DNA of 64,000 nucleotides, taken from contig NC_068988.1 in the NCBI RefSeq assembly GCF_001194135.2, positions 28,495,035 to 28,559,034 on the forward strand, read 5' to 3'. Origin of the DNA: Octopus bimaculoides. Its lineage: Eukaryota. Of the stretch, positions 36,561 to 50,063 are shown piece after piece (positions within the stretch are counted from its first letter, which is position 1; each line of letters opens with the position of its first letter). Under the pieces are notes generated by a model. The model did no database searches. It saw only the letters and a list, made by a program, of their open reading frames with translations, and had not been told where the DNA came from. Made by a program: the position numbers and the translations under genes.

Positions 36561-37311
36561 CTGCAAATATTATCAAAGGATAAGGATTATAAATATCATT
36601 GATTTCTTTCATTGGGATATGATTAGGACACATGTATAATTGATTATACTGATCCAAGAACCTCATATTTATATATATATATATATATATTTAATATTTT
36701 TGGATTAACGGGTATATGTTGATTAATGTGTGGAAGTGTTGAGTTTGGGCTCCTTGGTGTCATCCACTGTTGGGGTGTGTTTCTGTTGGATCTACTTCAT
36801 GAATTCTGCAGTGTCAGTTGAGATAATAATAATAATTGCATAAGTAACAAGAAGATGGATTAATGCATCTTCCCGTTACTTAAGCAATTATTATAATTAT
36901 AATTATTATATATAAAGAGTGTGTTGGAGAACACTAAAGCAAGTGGGGTGTTAATATTCATGGAGTAGTGCTCAAATAAATGAGAACTTAATTCTTAACT
37001 CCTATATCTGGGGCAGGTGGTTTTGGTGTAGCAAGTTCACCATAAGAATGATCTTTGTTGAGTGTGTATGGAAGTAAAAAGGCAGATAAACAAAGCTAGG
37101 CTTAATGAGTGAATTTACATGGAATACAAATAAACAAAAAGAATGATGCAACAGTCTTATCTTGACAGCTGTTTCAGGTGAACCATGACTTATGTCAGTT
37201 ATCTAAATAACTGTAATATGAGTGTATGAATTTCTTTGTATGTTAGCGTATATTGGACAAAATTAAGTTAAGTGAAAGCGTAAGAGAGACAGAGACAAAT
37301 GGTAAACTGAC

Positions 37312-37443
37312 CACTAATTTCTGTGAGCTGCTCTCCCAGAACAGCCGAGTTTTGTCTGCAATATTGTGCTCCTCTGTAGAAGACATTTTCAACGTATCCC
37401 ACTTGATAGATATAGAATTCAGTAGAGACCTCATCTCGGAATC
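37312..37443 (-). CDS. ALS2: alsin exon (end of DH)
   Basis: DSEMRSLL...ADKTRLFWESSSQKLV; donor gtcagt; phase 0 to 0. Confidence 0.87.
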
Positions 37444-38919
37444 CTAAAAGAGAGAAGAAAAACCTAAGGAAACAATTCTAACATAAGAAGAATAACAATG
37501 AAATATGATGCATTGAAAAACATTTATTAGATATGATATTACAATAACAAACAATCGCATACAAGATTTTTCTGTAAGTTAGCTGCCCATTCTTGAAGAA
37601 TGACTCATCTTGATATCTTTGTGGCAATCTTCATCACCATCATTTCCATGCTGGCATGGATTGAATGATATGACAGGAGCTGGCAAACAGTCAACTGTTA
37701 TGGCAAAGGTTTCTATGGTGAGATACCTTTCCTAATACCAACCACTTTACAGAGTGGAGAGGGGGCTTTTTACAGGACACTGGTATGGGAGCTATTGAAT
37801 GTGGAACTGGCACAGGTGCTTTTTCAAGTGGTACCGGCACAGCTTCTTCTCCAAAGTGGCACCTGCATGGGTGCCTTTTTTTAATGCAATGTCAGCACAG
37901 ATGCTTTATTTTATGTGGTACAAGCATGGGTGCTTTATTACGTGGTGCCAACACAGGTGCTCTTTACAATCCCATATTAGATTTTTCTTTGAGTTAGATG
38001 CCCATTCTTGAAGAAACACTCCTCTTGATATCTTTGTGGTCATCATAATTATACTTGTTATTGGTTTTGGGTTCAGTCCCACTATGTGGAACTTATGGCT
38101 CAGAAGGAATTTGTGGAGACAGATTTTCTATGGCCAGATGCCCTTCCTCTCACCAACCCTCACCTGTTTCCAAGCAAGGTAATATTTCCCTTTGGTCAGG
38201 CATGCTTTTCATGGGAGACTAGAAAAGAATAATGTCACTTATATGATAGTGATGTTTGTTTACAACCGAGACATCAAGACAAGAATATGCACAAACACAG
38301 GCACACATATATACACATACACACATACATACAAAAATTACACATAAGGCCGATGACAGTACCGCCTGATTGGCACTCATGCCAGTGGAATGTTAAAAGC
38401 ACATCCAAATATGGGGTGTAACCAGCCCCTCATTCATTGGGTAATGAACTTTGCTTGTGAAGACCTACTGAAGAAAGTGTAAACAAATCAAAATTGCTGA
38501 CATGGCCGATGACAGTAATGCCTGATTGGCACTCATGCCAGTAGAACATTAAAAGTACATCCGAGCGTGTTTGTTGCCAGGGCCACGGATTGGCTCCCGT
38601 GCCGGTGGCATATGAAAAACAACATTTGAGTGTGGTCATTGCCAGTGCCGCCAGACTGGCTCCCATGCAGGTAGCATGTAAAAACACCTTTTGAGCGTGG
38701 TCATTGCCAGAACCACCTGACTAACCCTCATGATGGTAGCACGTAAAAAGCACCGACTACACTCTCGGCGGGATTGGCATTAGGAAGGGCATCCAGCTGT
38801 AGAAACTTTGCCAGATCAGATTGAGCCTGGTGCAGCCACTGGCTCACCAGTCCCCAGTCAAATTTCCAGGGAGTCTGAACCAAACCGTTTTGGGGCCCTT
38901 CTTTTGTTTGTCTACTCAC

Positions 38920-38950
<31 letters not shown>

Positions 38951-39219
38951 ACAAGCTTCTTTCAATTTCTGTTTACGAAATCCACTAACAAGGCTTTGGT
39001 CAGCCCAGTGCTATAGTAGGACACACACCAAAAGTGCCATGCATTGGGACTGAACCCAGAACCATGTGGTTGAGAAGCAAGCCTCTTACCACCCAACCAC
39101 ACCTCACCTATGATGTTGATGATGATGATAATGATAGAGTATAGCAAACCACAAACATTTCTATTCCTATCACATTTACCAAGAATATTCAAGAGAAGAT
39201 AATATATAATAAAACTCAC

Positions 39220-39385
39220 TGATGGGTATCCCAGAGATAATTTATTTATCATATGGCCATATTCATTAGGCCTGTGTAAAGGATATTGCAGTATACGTTG
39301 AAGGGTGGAAGCATAATTCATTTTCTCCGAAGTCGACTCATCAAGGATCTCAGTAAAAACGTTTTGAATTTTCTCAAAGTAAGAA
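39220..39385 (-). CDS. ALS2: alsin exon (DH)
   Basis: STLQRILQYPLHRPNEYGHMINKLSLGYPS; cttcag / gtgagt. Confidence 0.9.
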
Positions 39386-40159
39386 CTGAAGGAAAAAAAA
39401 AAGGAAAGAAAATATGACAATTCAATGAAGAAGAAAAGAGTCTTTATTTTTTATCTTTAATTTGTTTCAGCCATTGGACTGCAGCCATGCTGGGCACCAC
39501 CTTGAAGAGTTTTGACCAATCAGATTGACCCCAGAACTTATTCTTTTAAAAGGGCTGGTCTTTATTTTATTGATCTTTTTTGCCAAACTGTTAAGTTATG
39601 GGCATATAAACAAATCAACACCATGATGGTGGTGGTGGGGAACAAACACAAACACCCCCCCCCACACACACATGGACATACATATACCCTTATACAAACA
39701 ACAGACTTCCACACAGTTTCTGTCTACCAAATTCATTCAGAAAGCATTGGTTGGTCTGAGGCTATTGTCAAAGATACTCGTTGAAGTGCTACACAGTGGG
39801 ACTGAACCCAGAACCATGTGGTTGCCAACCGAGCTTCTTATCACACAGCCATGCCTGCACTTATAGAGAGTAAATAATCAACTAAATAATTATTACAAAA
39901 TTATTAAAAAATATGTCAAATCTCTTTGTCGAAATGTAACCACAATCTAAAACATGTATGTGACGAACAGCTGTGTGGTAAGAAGCTTGCTTACCAACAC
40001 ATAGTTTCGGGCTCAGTCCCACTGCATGGCACCTGGGGCAAATGTCTTCTACTATAGCCTCGGGCCAACCAAAGCCTTGTGAATGGATTTTGGTAGACAG
40101 AAACTGAAAGAAGCCATTCGTATANNNNNNNNNNNNNNNNNNNNNNNNNNNNNNNNNNN

Positions 40160-40196
<37 letters not shown>

Positions 40197-40453
40197 GGAT
40201 GTATGTATGAGTGTTTGTGTGTCTGTGTTTGTACCCCCACCATCGCTTGACGACCGATGTTGGTGCGTTTATGTTCGGCAAAAGACACCGATAGAATAAG
40301 CACTAGGCTTACAAACAATAAGCCCTGGGATTGATTTGTTTGACCAAAGGCGGTGCTCCAGCATTGCCACAGTCAAATGACTGAAACAAATAAAAGAATA
40401 TTGAAACAATATTCAACAAGAAAAACTTGATATTAATAGAGCTATAGACTTAC

Positions 40454-40626
40454 TTGCCAATTTTGGTGCAATGTTCAAAGCCATTAATTGCCAACATGTC
40501 ACCAAATCGAAGAGAGTAGTTCTTGAAGTACTCAATAAGTTCTTTAGATTTTTGGAACATACGACTATGAGTAATGTCTTCATTACCTCGAATCAGCCGA
40601 GTCAACTGCACACAGTTTTCACCAAT
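40454..40626 (-). CDS. ALS2: alsin exon (DH)
   Basis: IGENCVQL...LIEYFKNYSLRFGDMLAINGFEHCTKIG; cattcttag / gtaagt. Confidence 0.88.
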
Positions 40627-41979
40627 CTAAGAATGTAAAGGTTAATTAACAATTTAAATTAAATTTAAATAAAATAGCAACTTTATATTTATGAAACACC
40701 ACACAACTTACAGCTAATGACAATAATTCAACAAATTATTATTTTCAATTATATGTTTTCAATTATAAAAAAAAAATTGTTACATTTTTGTTTTATCTTT
40801 TAGTCAGAAAGGAATGCAACGCCCATGACCTTTTAAAGGGCCTCTGTGACTTTGTTTACTTACTGACTGCACCAAGTGTAAATGGCAGTGTACATATAAT
40901 TTAATGATTAGTGGCAGAAGAAGTATCAATACCAAAAGGTAATCTTTATATCCGACTTAACATGGACGCCCTGTCAGAACACTGAATACAGTGTTATTAG
41001 GCTTCAGAGATTCTCATATATAGGTGTTTGATGCATAAAAACACATGTGTGACAGCCAAGGTTTTGGAAGTTGTTAGATGAGGTACTCTGGTTAAAATGG
41101 TGAACAAACAGCAATGAGTGTAGTTTACGATGCATATGATACATTCTATGCACCATCATCATCATCATCGTTTAACGTCTGCTTTCCATGCTAGCACGGG
41201 TTGGACGATTTGACTGAGGACTGGCGAACCAGATGGCTGCACCAGGCTCCAATCTAATCTGGCAGAGCTTCTACAGCTGGATGCCCTTCCTAACACCAAC
41301 CACTCCGAGAACCAGTCAGGTGGTACTGGCAACAGCCATGCTCAAGTGGTATTTTTTACGTGTCACCTGCACAGGAGCCAGTCCAGCGGCACTGGCAATG
41401 ACCTCGCTCGAATGGTGCTTTTTATGTGCCACCTGCACAGAAGCCAGTCAGCTGCTCTGGCAGTGGTCACGCTCGGATAGTGCTCTTAGCGCTCCACTGG
41501 CACAGGTGCCAGTCATCGAATTTGCGAATTTGATTTGATGTAAACCTGGTGTACATGTATTATGGTAAACAGTGGAGACCAATGCAGCCCACAGGTTTGT
41601 TAGACTCTGTTGAGCTGTCCAACCCATTCCAGTATAGAACATGGATGTTAAATGATGATGATGAGTATCCAAAAAAACTAACCAGAAAAATCACTGTAGT
41701 GAGAAAAAAATGTTATTCATTTCAGTCAGTAAGCGAGGTCATTTAGAAAATGTTTCAGCTTTCTAAACTCTGTCATTGCTCTATACTTTTTTTTGTGGAC
41801 AGTGTAGAATACATTTTATGTAAGTTAACGAATCCAAAATGAGTCACTTTCTAACTCCTGTGGAGCAAAAACTGTTCAATATTCTTTAGGTGAAATTTTT
41901 TGTCATTTGCGTACCTTCTGATCGACTGATTCTTTTAGAATAAATGGTAAAGAAATATATTCACACTCAATGAACTCAC

Positions 41980-42062
41980 TTTGTTGGTGAGGTCAAGGAA
42001 AGCATCGATATGGGCAGTAAAAACAGATTTATAGTAACTGGATTCCATGGCACACAAGAACA
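41980..42062 (-). CDS. ALS2: alsin exon (DH)
   Basis: FLCAMESSYYKSVFTAHIDAFLDLTNK; tttttcag / gtgagt; phases compatible on both sides. Confidence 0.85.
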
Positions 42063-42228
42063 CTGAAAAATAAATAAAATACAGAACAGAGAATAAGAAT
42101 AAAAACAGAATGGTTGAGGGGAAAAGCAAGCTATTTCTGGCATTTAGATATACAATGAAATAACGATTTGTTTCAGAAACAAATCAGATATATGGTATGA
42201 GAGAAAACATTTAAGTTATGGTACTTAC

Positions 42229-42400
42229 TTGATGTTTTCAATGGAGAAAGAAATTTTGTTGCAATTTTGTTTAGTTTAGAATAGAAGTTTCTTTCAGAAA
42301 GAGCAAGTTCAAAAGCTGTAGCTGTTTGACCTGATGAGCTCTTACCAACTAAACAACCACAAGAGATTCCACCAGCTTGTAAAGAGCGGATCCAACCAGT
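42229..42400 (-). CDS. ALS2: alsin exon (start of DH)
   Basis: TAFELALSERNFYSKLNKIATKFLSPL versus human SLHELATTERRFYSKL. Confidence 0.93.
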
Positions 42401-42596
42401 CTAAAGGTTAAAAAAGAATACATAGATAAATAAACAAATTTAAATGTGAGATTCACATAATTTAAATGCATTAAAATAATATTCTTAATATTAATGCAAC
42501 ATAAAATAGTTGTTTAGCTCAGAGATGGTGAAATTATATCAGGTGAGTGATGACAGCTTTATAAATTCTTGACAGTTATAGAATTCTGTTTCTTAC

Positions 42597-42660
42597 CTTT
42601 CTCAGAGTGTTTAGAACCACTGGCTTGCTGGTTTTTGTTACAGAACTATAGTGATTCTCA
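42597..42660 (-). CDS. ALS2: alsin exon
   Basis: ENHYSSVTKTSKPVVLNTLRK; ttttcag / gtaaga; phase 2 to 0. Confidence 0.82.
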
Positions 42661-42799
42661 CTGAAAAGACGACAAATGTTATATTAATGAGACCCTGATT
42701 TCTTCAAACATTTATTTAAAAAATCAAAGAAATATCATTATGAATTCTGCCCTTTTGGCTTTCAAAACACTTGTTCCTTTTATAAGTAAATATCATTAT

Positions 42800-43640
42800 C
42801 ATCATCATCATCATCATCATTTAACGGCCATTGTCCATGCTGGCATAGGTTGGACAGTTTGACCGGACTGGCACGCTGGAAGACTGCATCAGATTCCAGT
42901 CTGATTTGGCATGGTTTTCTATGACTGGATGCCCTTCCTAATGCCAACCACTCCAAGAGTGTAATGGGTGCTTTTATGTGCCACTGGCATGGGTGCCATC
43001 TGTGTGACACCGGGGTGCTTTTATGTGTTAATTTGTATGACACCAATATCTTCCAAAACTGTGATTTTGCTCAGCTTGATGGGTCTTCTCAGGCATGGCA
43101 TAATGTCTCAACCATTGCCTTTGTGAAACCCAACACTCGAAAGGAACTCAGCCACTTTGCCTCCATGAGACCCAACACTTGAAAGGAACTCAACCTCTTT
43201 GTCTCTGTGAGGCTCAACAATCGAAAGGAACTCAGTCACTTTGCTTCCCTGAGGCCCAACGCTCAAAAGGTATCGCTTACATGCCACCAGCACGGGTGCA
43301 CTTGGCTTGATGGGTCCTCTCAAGTACAGCACATCACCAAAAGTCTTGCTCACTTTGTGAGGCTCAAAGTTCGAAGATCAAGCTTCACCACCTTGTCCCA
43401 TGTCTTCCTGGGTCTACCTCTTCCACAGGTTCGCTCCACAGTTAGAGATCAGCACTTCTTTACACGGCTGTCCTCGTCCATATGCATCACATGACCACAC
43501 CGGCACAGTTGTCTCCCTTGCACACCACACCTGATGCTTCTTGTGCCTAACTTTTCTCTCAAGATGCTTACACTCTGTCAAACATGCACACTGACATTGC
43601 ACATCCAGCAAAGCATACTGGCTTCATTTCTTTCAAGAAA
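42800..43640 (-). mobile_element. RTE-like LINE 3' end with duplicated ORF2 terminus and 42-bp tandem repeats
   Basis: ORF2 C-terminal sequence 43640-43310, four about 42-bp units 43115-43270, then 3' UTR and (GAT)n tail at about 42800. Confidence 0.75.
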
Positions 43641-44046
43641 GAATCTATGAAGTTATTTAGTATTTTTGAATTTTTTTTTTTTTTACTAATCTCTTTTAGT
43701 ACAATATTACAGAAGACAGAAATGGTAGAAAAAGCCTTTCAGTTATTCAACAGTGGCCATGCTGGAGCACTACCTTACTACCTTGAAGGGTTTTTAGTCA
43801 AATTGCCCCTAGTATTTAGTTTTTAAAGTTTGGTATGTATTTTATCATTCTTTTTTGCTTATCAGTTCTTGTCTAACTGTCCAATCCATGCCAGCATGGC
43901 AAACAGATGTTAAATGATATTGACGATGGTGATCATGAGCCAAATTCTTGCATTGCTTACAAATGGCACTACCACAAAGCCCTTTGAAGCCATAAATGTG
44001 ATGGGTAAAATACTTAAGATTTAATAAATTATCTATTTAAATTTAC

Positions 44047-44159
44047 CTGGGCTGTTTTCCAGAATAGTAGACGTCAGGATGAAAACCTCCGGAATCGGTT
44101 AGGAATAAAGAATGGTTGTCTCCAGCAGCAATGTCCCATACCAAGCAGTTGGCAACAAA
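44047..44159 (-). CDS. ALS2: alsin exon (RCC1-like)
   Basis: VWDIAAGDNHSLFLTDSGGFHPDVYYSGKQP. Confidence 0.94.
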
Positions 44160-44629
44160 CTGAATAAGTAAAATGTAAAACTTAGTATTATTCAATACAA
44201 GATCAGTACAATTTGTTTAAACTGGTGCTCCATTGATTACGACAAGCGTTCCAGTTGATATGATCAACCAAACAGCCTGCTCGTGAAATTAACATGCACG
44301 TGGCTGAGTATTCCACAGACACATGCGCCCGCCCTTATTGTAGTTCTTAAGGAGATTCAGTGACACAGAATGTGACAGGGCTGACCCTTTGAATTACAGG
44401 TACTACTCATTTTTGCTTGTTCAGCGGACTGGAGCAATGTGAAATAAAATGTCTTGCCCAAGGACACAACATGCCACACGGTATTTGAACTCACGACCTT
44501 ATGAGTTTGAGCCAAATACCTTAACCACTAAGCCGTGCACTTTCACACAGATTGTTTAACAAAGAAAATCACTGAGAACAGGACAAAAGTAAAGTAAAAT
44601 ATAAAAAAAAAAGAGACTGGGGCTGACAG

Positions 44630-44927
<298 letters not shown>

Positions 44928-45135
44928 GTTTGCCTCCAGCGCCAAAACATATTGTTGCTAAAACAGGCTGGATGTCCAGTCAGCCATATAAAAACTTCAG
45001 CATTCAAGTAGTCACGTCCAATCATCTCAAACCAACCTATATTTAAATAGCTGGCCAGTTATCCTTTTATTGCTGTAATGAAGCTAAAGTCAAGTAAATT
45101 GTTATCACACACACATAAAAAAAAGAGCAACTTAC

Positions 45136-45210
45136 TTTAACTGGAGATGGAACACTTGGAGTTTCAGTGTGTCCTAACTGTCCATAAGCATTGAAACCCC
45201 ATGAGAAAAC
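45136..45210 (-). CDS. ALS2: alsin exon (RCC1-like)
   Basis: VFSWGFNAYGQLGHTETPSVPSPVK. Confidence 0.95.
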
Positions 45211-45299
45211 CTACAAAGAAAAAGACATTATTTTACAACCTAAGTTTCAAGCTAATGGAAGATAGTAATCATGTAAAGTAAATATAACAAATAATCCAG

Positions 45300-45473
45300 A
45301 ATCCTTGTCTGGTACCGGATCAATCCCAAAGTCTAATTAGTTTGTACCAGTCACAAGGTCAAACATACCTGAAAGTTTCATCTGAATCCATCCAGTGGTT
45401 CTTGAGATATCTTGTCCATAGACAAACAAACATGACTGAAAACAGTACCTCCGCCTTCACTAAGGCGGAGGTA
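45300..45473 (+). mobile_element. Helentron/HINE-like non-autonomous element end
   Basis: GACAAACAAAC tract followed by a perfect 12-bp hairpin TACCTCCGCCTT-cact-AAGGCGGAGGTA (45446-45473); family call from remembered pattern. Confidence 0.45.
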
Positions 45474-45489
45474 ATAATAATAATTATAG

Positions 45490-45660
45490 AGGAAACAGGC
45501 ATAAAACCCAGTTTAATACAGCTCCAGAAAACAGTGTTACTAGGGACAGTTAAGATACTTAGGAGGGTTCTTGGTATCTAAGGTTACTTGTTGTAGTCTG
45601 ATGTTAGGAATTTTTCTTTCCCAAAAGTCTAATCTGTTGTGAGTATATGAATAATAATAA
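45490..45660 (+). mobile_element. 5'-truncated R4/Dong-like non-LTR retrotransposon 3' end
   Basis: QLQKTVLLGTVKILRRVLGI* resembles the C-terminus of REL-type R4/Dong elements; (TAA)n on both sides. Confidence 0.55.
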
Positions 45661-46075
45661 AAATCATAACTTTAAATTTTGGCACAAGGCCAGCAATTTT
45701 AGGGGAGGGGTTATGTTGATTACATTAATCCTAGTGTTCAACTGGTGCTTATTTTATCGACCCAGAAAGAATGAAGGGCAAAGCCGACCTTGGCAGAATT
45801 TGAACTGAGAACGTAAAGAAGGACAAAATGCCGCTAAAAGTATTTTGCCTGGCATGCTTAATGATTCTGCCAGCTCAGCACCTTTACAGTAATAATAATG
45901 AATGATAATAATAATCTTTTTTACTATAGGCATAAGGGCCTGAAATATAGGAGAGGGTGACTAGTCAATACATCAACCCCAATTTCATTAACCCCGAAAG
46001 GACAAAAGCCAAAGTCGACCTTGGTGAAATTTGAACTCAGAACATAAAGACAGACGGAATGCCAGATAATAAATA

Positions 46076-46117
<42 letters not shown>

Positions 46118-46166
46118 GTGGTGATGGTGATGATGATGACGATGATGATAAATAAAAGCATATTAC

Positions 46167-46263
46167 CTGTGAATAGGCTGTGAGTGCCAAGCAGTGGTTA
46201 GAACCAGCAACAACTTTGGTGCAATTCTTAGAATTCAATGTCTTGACACAGCGTGGTATGTCA
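46167..46263 (-). CDS. ALS2: alsin exon (RCC1-like)
   Basis: DIPRCVKTLNSKNCTKVVAGSNHCLALTAYSQ. Confidence 0.94.
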
Positions 46264-48104
46264 CTAAGGAATCAAAATATATGAACGATATAATTTATTT
46301 CTTTTTTCTTTTTTTGTAGGAAACATTTAAAAAAAAAACTTTCTCAAAATACATATTTTGTTACAAGCTAATGAGGGGGTTTCTACATGACTGCTTAAAC
46401 TGCTAGAAATAGCAGCCAAAATCCAGAAACCTCTAAGTGTACTAAGTGCTTTTTATGAGGCACCATCACCAGTGCTTTTTGTGTGGCACTATCGCCAGTG
46501 CATTTTATGTGGCACTAGCAGCAGTGCTTTTAGATCACAAGACATATTTGAGTCATTAGACAGTGTCCATGCTGGGGCACTTATTTTGTCAGTCTCTTTT
46601 ACTAGACTGCTAAGTTATGGGAATGTAAACAAACCAATACTAGTTGTCAAGTGGAGGAACAGAAACAAACACATACATGTGCCATGCTTCCACATAGTTT
46701 TCATATACTAAATTCACTCAGAAATCATTGGTCAATCAGCAGCTATAGTAGAAGGCACTTGCCTAAGGTGCAGTGCAGTGGGACTGAACCTGAAACCATA
46801 TGGTTGCAATTCAAGCTTCATAACTGCACAGCCATAGCTGCACACCTATGACTGCAATAAAAAGAAAATTCGTTGGGCTTTTTTTTGCTTTTTTTTTAAT
46901 AATTAAAGAGATGGGTAAGTGACCATCACATTTTTATATTCTCCTCTATCGGGTGGAGGGGGGTTGAGGAGGGGGGACACTGCAAATGACTGAGAAACAA
47001 ATGAAATTAATGTTTTGCATTGTTGTAGGACGTGTTGGTTAAAAAGAAAATATGGGTGGAAAAATGGAATTATTTTAATGACAATTGTGAAAAGAAAAAA
47101 AGAAAAGAAATATACACCCAGCTTTTTTTTATATGTATTTATAGACAACTATTTTACACGATAAGCCTTTTTAATAACACTTAATAAAAAAAAACAGTGA
47201 ATATTTCATATTTTTCACTAAAAAAGCTGTCCTTAGAGAAGAATCCCAGTCACTAAGCAAAGACACAATTAAAAGAGGAAGTTATAAAACTTGTTGTTGC
47301 TGTTGTTGTCACTTTTGTTTAGTTCCAGGTCAACCCTGATCAATCAAGATCAAAAATGTCCCAGCTGTGACTATCCCATCGTCTTTTCAGATAGCATTTT
47401 CTATAACTATATTGTGTTTCTAGACATTGTGTTTACGACAACTATATCACCTGATGTGTTTTGTTTCAGTTTCTTTTTTTGCAACAGTAGGATATAATTT
47501 AAGGCAGATCTAGCTGCGATTTCTTGCAGGTCAGGCAAATATGCAGAGGCTGTCTCATTGACTTACAAAGATTTTTTTTTTTGTTTGTATAAAGGCTCTT
47601 CTTTACTGGTTCCATCTACATGGTTGATTCAGTTGGTTCCAGTTTTGATGACAGTAAGATGAAAATAAAATTTATGATATTTCTATGTTAATTTCAAACT
47701 ATTTAAGATGACGAATTTAGTCTGCATTTCAGCTTGTTCTCAAACTTGAGCAAATTTTAATTAAACTATAATTTGGAGCCCAAGCCCCTACCAGGTCACT
47801 TGACATGCTATAAATAGCAACCAAATCCCCTTCAAATCACACTCAACTGGCTTTAAAATGGAAACAGACATTAGATAATGTAGTCCTATGTAAATTGCCA
47901 TACATGAAGGTATTATAAGACATACTTTTTCCTCTTCAAAATGTCTTGAAAAAAAATCAGCCCAACTCCTATATGCAAAGATGGGCCTATATTACATACT
48001 AAAATAAACTAAACACTTTTTTTTGTCCTGAATATACACTACTGAAATTGGGGTGCATCCAATATACCCATGCATCTTTTATACCATCAAATACAGTAAA
48101 GATG

Positions 48105-48400
48105 GTAAAGGCCCCCTTCAGTCATGAATGACCATGGGATGTACCTAGAAAGTTCCCCTCTGAGGCACAAGTCTGGGCGAGATAGTTTATGGAAGACCAG
48201 CAGTCATCCATGCACAGCAGCCACCCCTCTCCATGTCACCGATGTTATCCAAAGGAAAGGCAAAGGGGTCGATACAGCAACTCATTCCTACAGCTGAGTG
48301 AATTGGAGTAACGAGAAATGAAGTGTCTTCCTCAAGAACACAACACACAGCCCAGCCTACCTCATGATTGTGAGCCTGATACTCTAACCACTGAGCCATA
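48105..48400 (-). mobile_element. further tRNA-headed SINE-like element
   Basis: - strand head GGCTCAGTGGTTAGAGTATCAGGCTCACAATC; internal CTTGAGGAAGACACTTCATTTC segment shared with other dispersed copies (about 6600-6680, 35100-35180, 44410-44540, 62340-62430). Confidence 0.55.
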
Positions 48401-48899
48401 CTCATCATCATCATCCAGTGTTTTGTTCCCATTAACGGGGGTGGCCAGATCTACCTCAATGCCATAGCAACTGAGGTAGGCAGGTGCAGCCCACCCCAAC
48501 CTTTGGGCTGGCTGGTGCCCATTCTCCTTTACTATCATGAGGCTTTTTTGGAGCTGGATTTTCTACGGGGAGCATGCCCTTGCTTACTCCCAACCTCAGT
48601 TTCTAGACATGAGTAGTCCCGAGACGAAGACCTCTACCAGGATTTTTAAGAAATGTGGTGGAAAACTAGCTCAGGAAGGCAGGGACGCTACTCCCTGAGA
48701 CCCCTTTCAGAGCCCCTACTACTAACTATTTACAATGAGCAATAAGAAAATTTGTCAAAAGTAAACTAAGTATGAAGTAGGCAGTCTATCACAGGAAACA
48801 GAATCTACCCTTGTGTCTTAATTGCCATCGGATACTTTAATTGCCAAGGGTACTTTTTGAGTTGGCTGATTATGTGACACTGGTGTAGGTTACAGCTAT

Positions 48900-49230
48900 G
48901 ATCTCACTTTATTTGCCGGGTCTTCTCAGTCACAGCATACCTCCAGAGGTCTCTGTCTTTCATCATTTCCTCTGTGAGGCCCAACGTTCGAAAGTCATGC
49001 TTCACCACCTCATCCCATGTCTTCCTGGGTCTCCCTCTACCCCGGATTCCTTCCACTGTTTGGGAGTGGCACTTCTTCACACATCTCTCCTCATCCATCC
49101 ACAGTACATGACCATACCAACGTAAACGTCTCTCTTGCACGCCACATCCAATGCTTCTTATGTCCAACATTTCTCTCAGGGCGCTTACACTCTGTCATGT
49201 GTGCACACTGACATTACACATCCAGCAGAT
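48900..49230 (-). mobile_element. RTE-like LINE ORF2 C-terminal fragment
   Basis: QERRLRWYGHVLWMDEERCVKKC...RGRGRPRKTWDEVVKHDFRTLGLTEEMMKDRDLWRYAVTEKTRQIK*. Confidence 0.85.
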
Positions 49231-49856
49231 CATGCTATCTTTAACCTCACTGGCACTGGTGCCACGTGAAATGCACCCAGTGGTTGGAATTAGAAAGGGC
49301 ATTCAACCAGACAGCAGAGTTTGGCACAGTCCTCTGCTTGTAAGCTCCAGTCAAAACTGTCCAACCCAGATGTTAAACGATGATGATGATACTGATATAT
49401 AATAACAAAAATAACCTAAAAAATAACAAAGCATTATAAAATTATTGTGCATTTTGTTAATAAATGTAAGCGGGGAAAATTTTGCAGCTTATTCTCATGT
49501 ATTATATGTACCTAAATTTAAATCTTGATTTTGGAGAAGAAAGTGCATATTATGCAGGTAATATTGAAAGAGGCTTATTGTAATAAAATCAGAAGGTGAG
49601 GTTCAATGTCATTAGACGAAGATGTTCAGGAACTATCTCAATGTAACAGCAGAAAATCTTCGAGTTCCCTTGTTTACTAGTAAACTCAGTCAACCATTGC
49701 AGTTTAGCAGAGCTTTGCATTGCCAGCCATGGATCTTGAATTGCTTCCCTAAATTAACAAGAAAGCGCAAGCAAGCATGCATGCATGCACACACATACAT
49801 ACATACACAGAGAGACCCTCTCATACACACACACAGACACTCATGAATTTACTTAC

Positions 49857-49965
49857 CGTTCTATACTGTCTCCAAGCCCAAGTTGGCCTTTGCTGTTTTT
49901 ACCCCAACACCAGACCTCTGTTTCGAAATAAGGCAGTGGTTCAATACTGGAACATTGACTGACAC
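49857..49965 (-). CDS. ALS2: alsin exon (RCC1-like)
   Basis: ETEVWCWGKNSKGQLGLGDSIER versus human TEVWTWGKGKEGQLGHGD. Confidence 0.95.
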
Positions 49966-50063
49966 CTGGAATAGATAAATTGAAAAAAAAAAAAAGAAGT
50001 AGAATCAATTTTCTGATAATAAACTCTGTTTAAAAATATGTTGGCAGATGGAATGAATATAAT

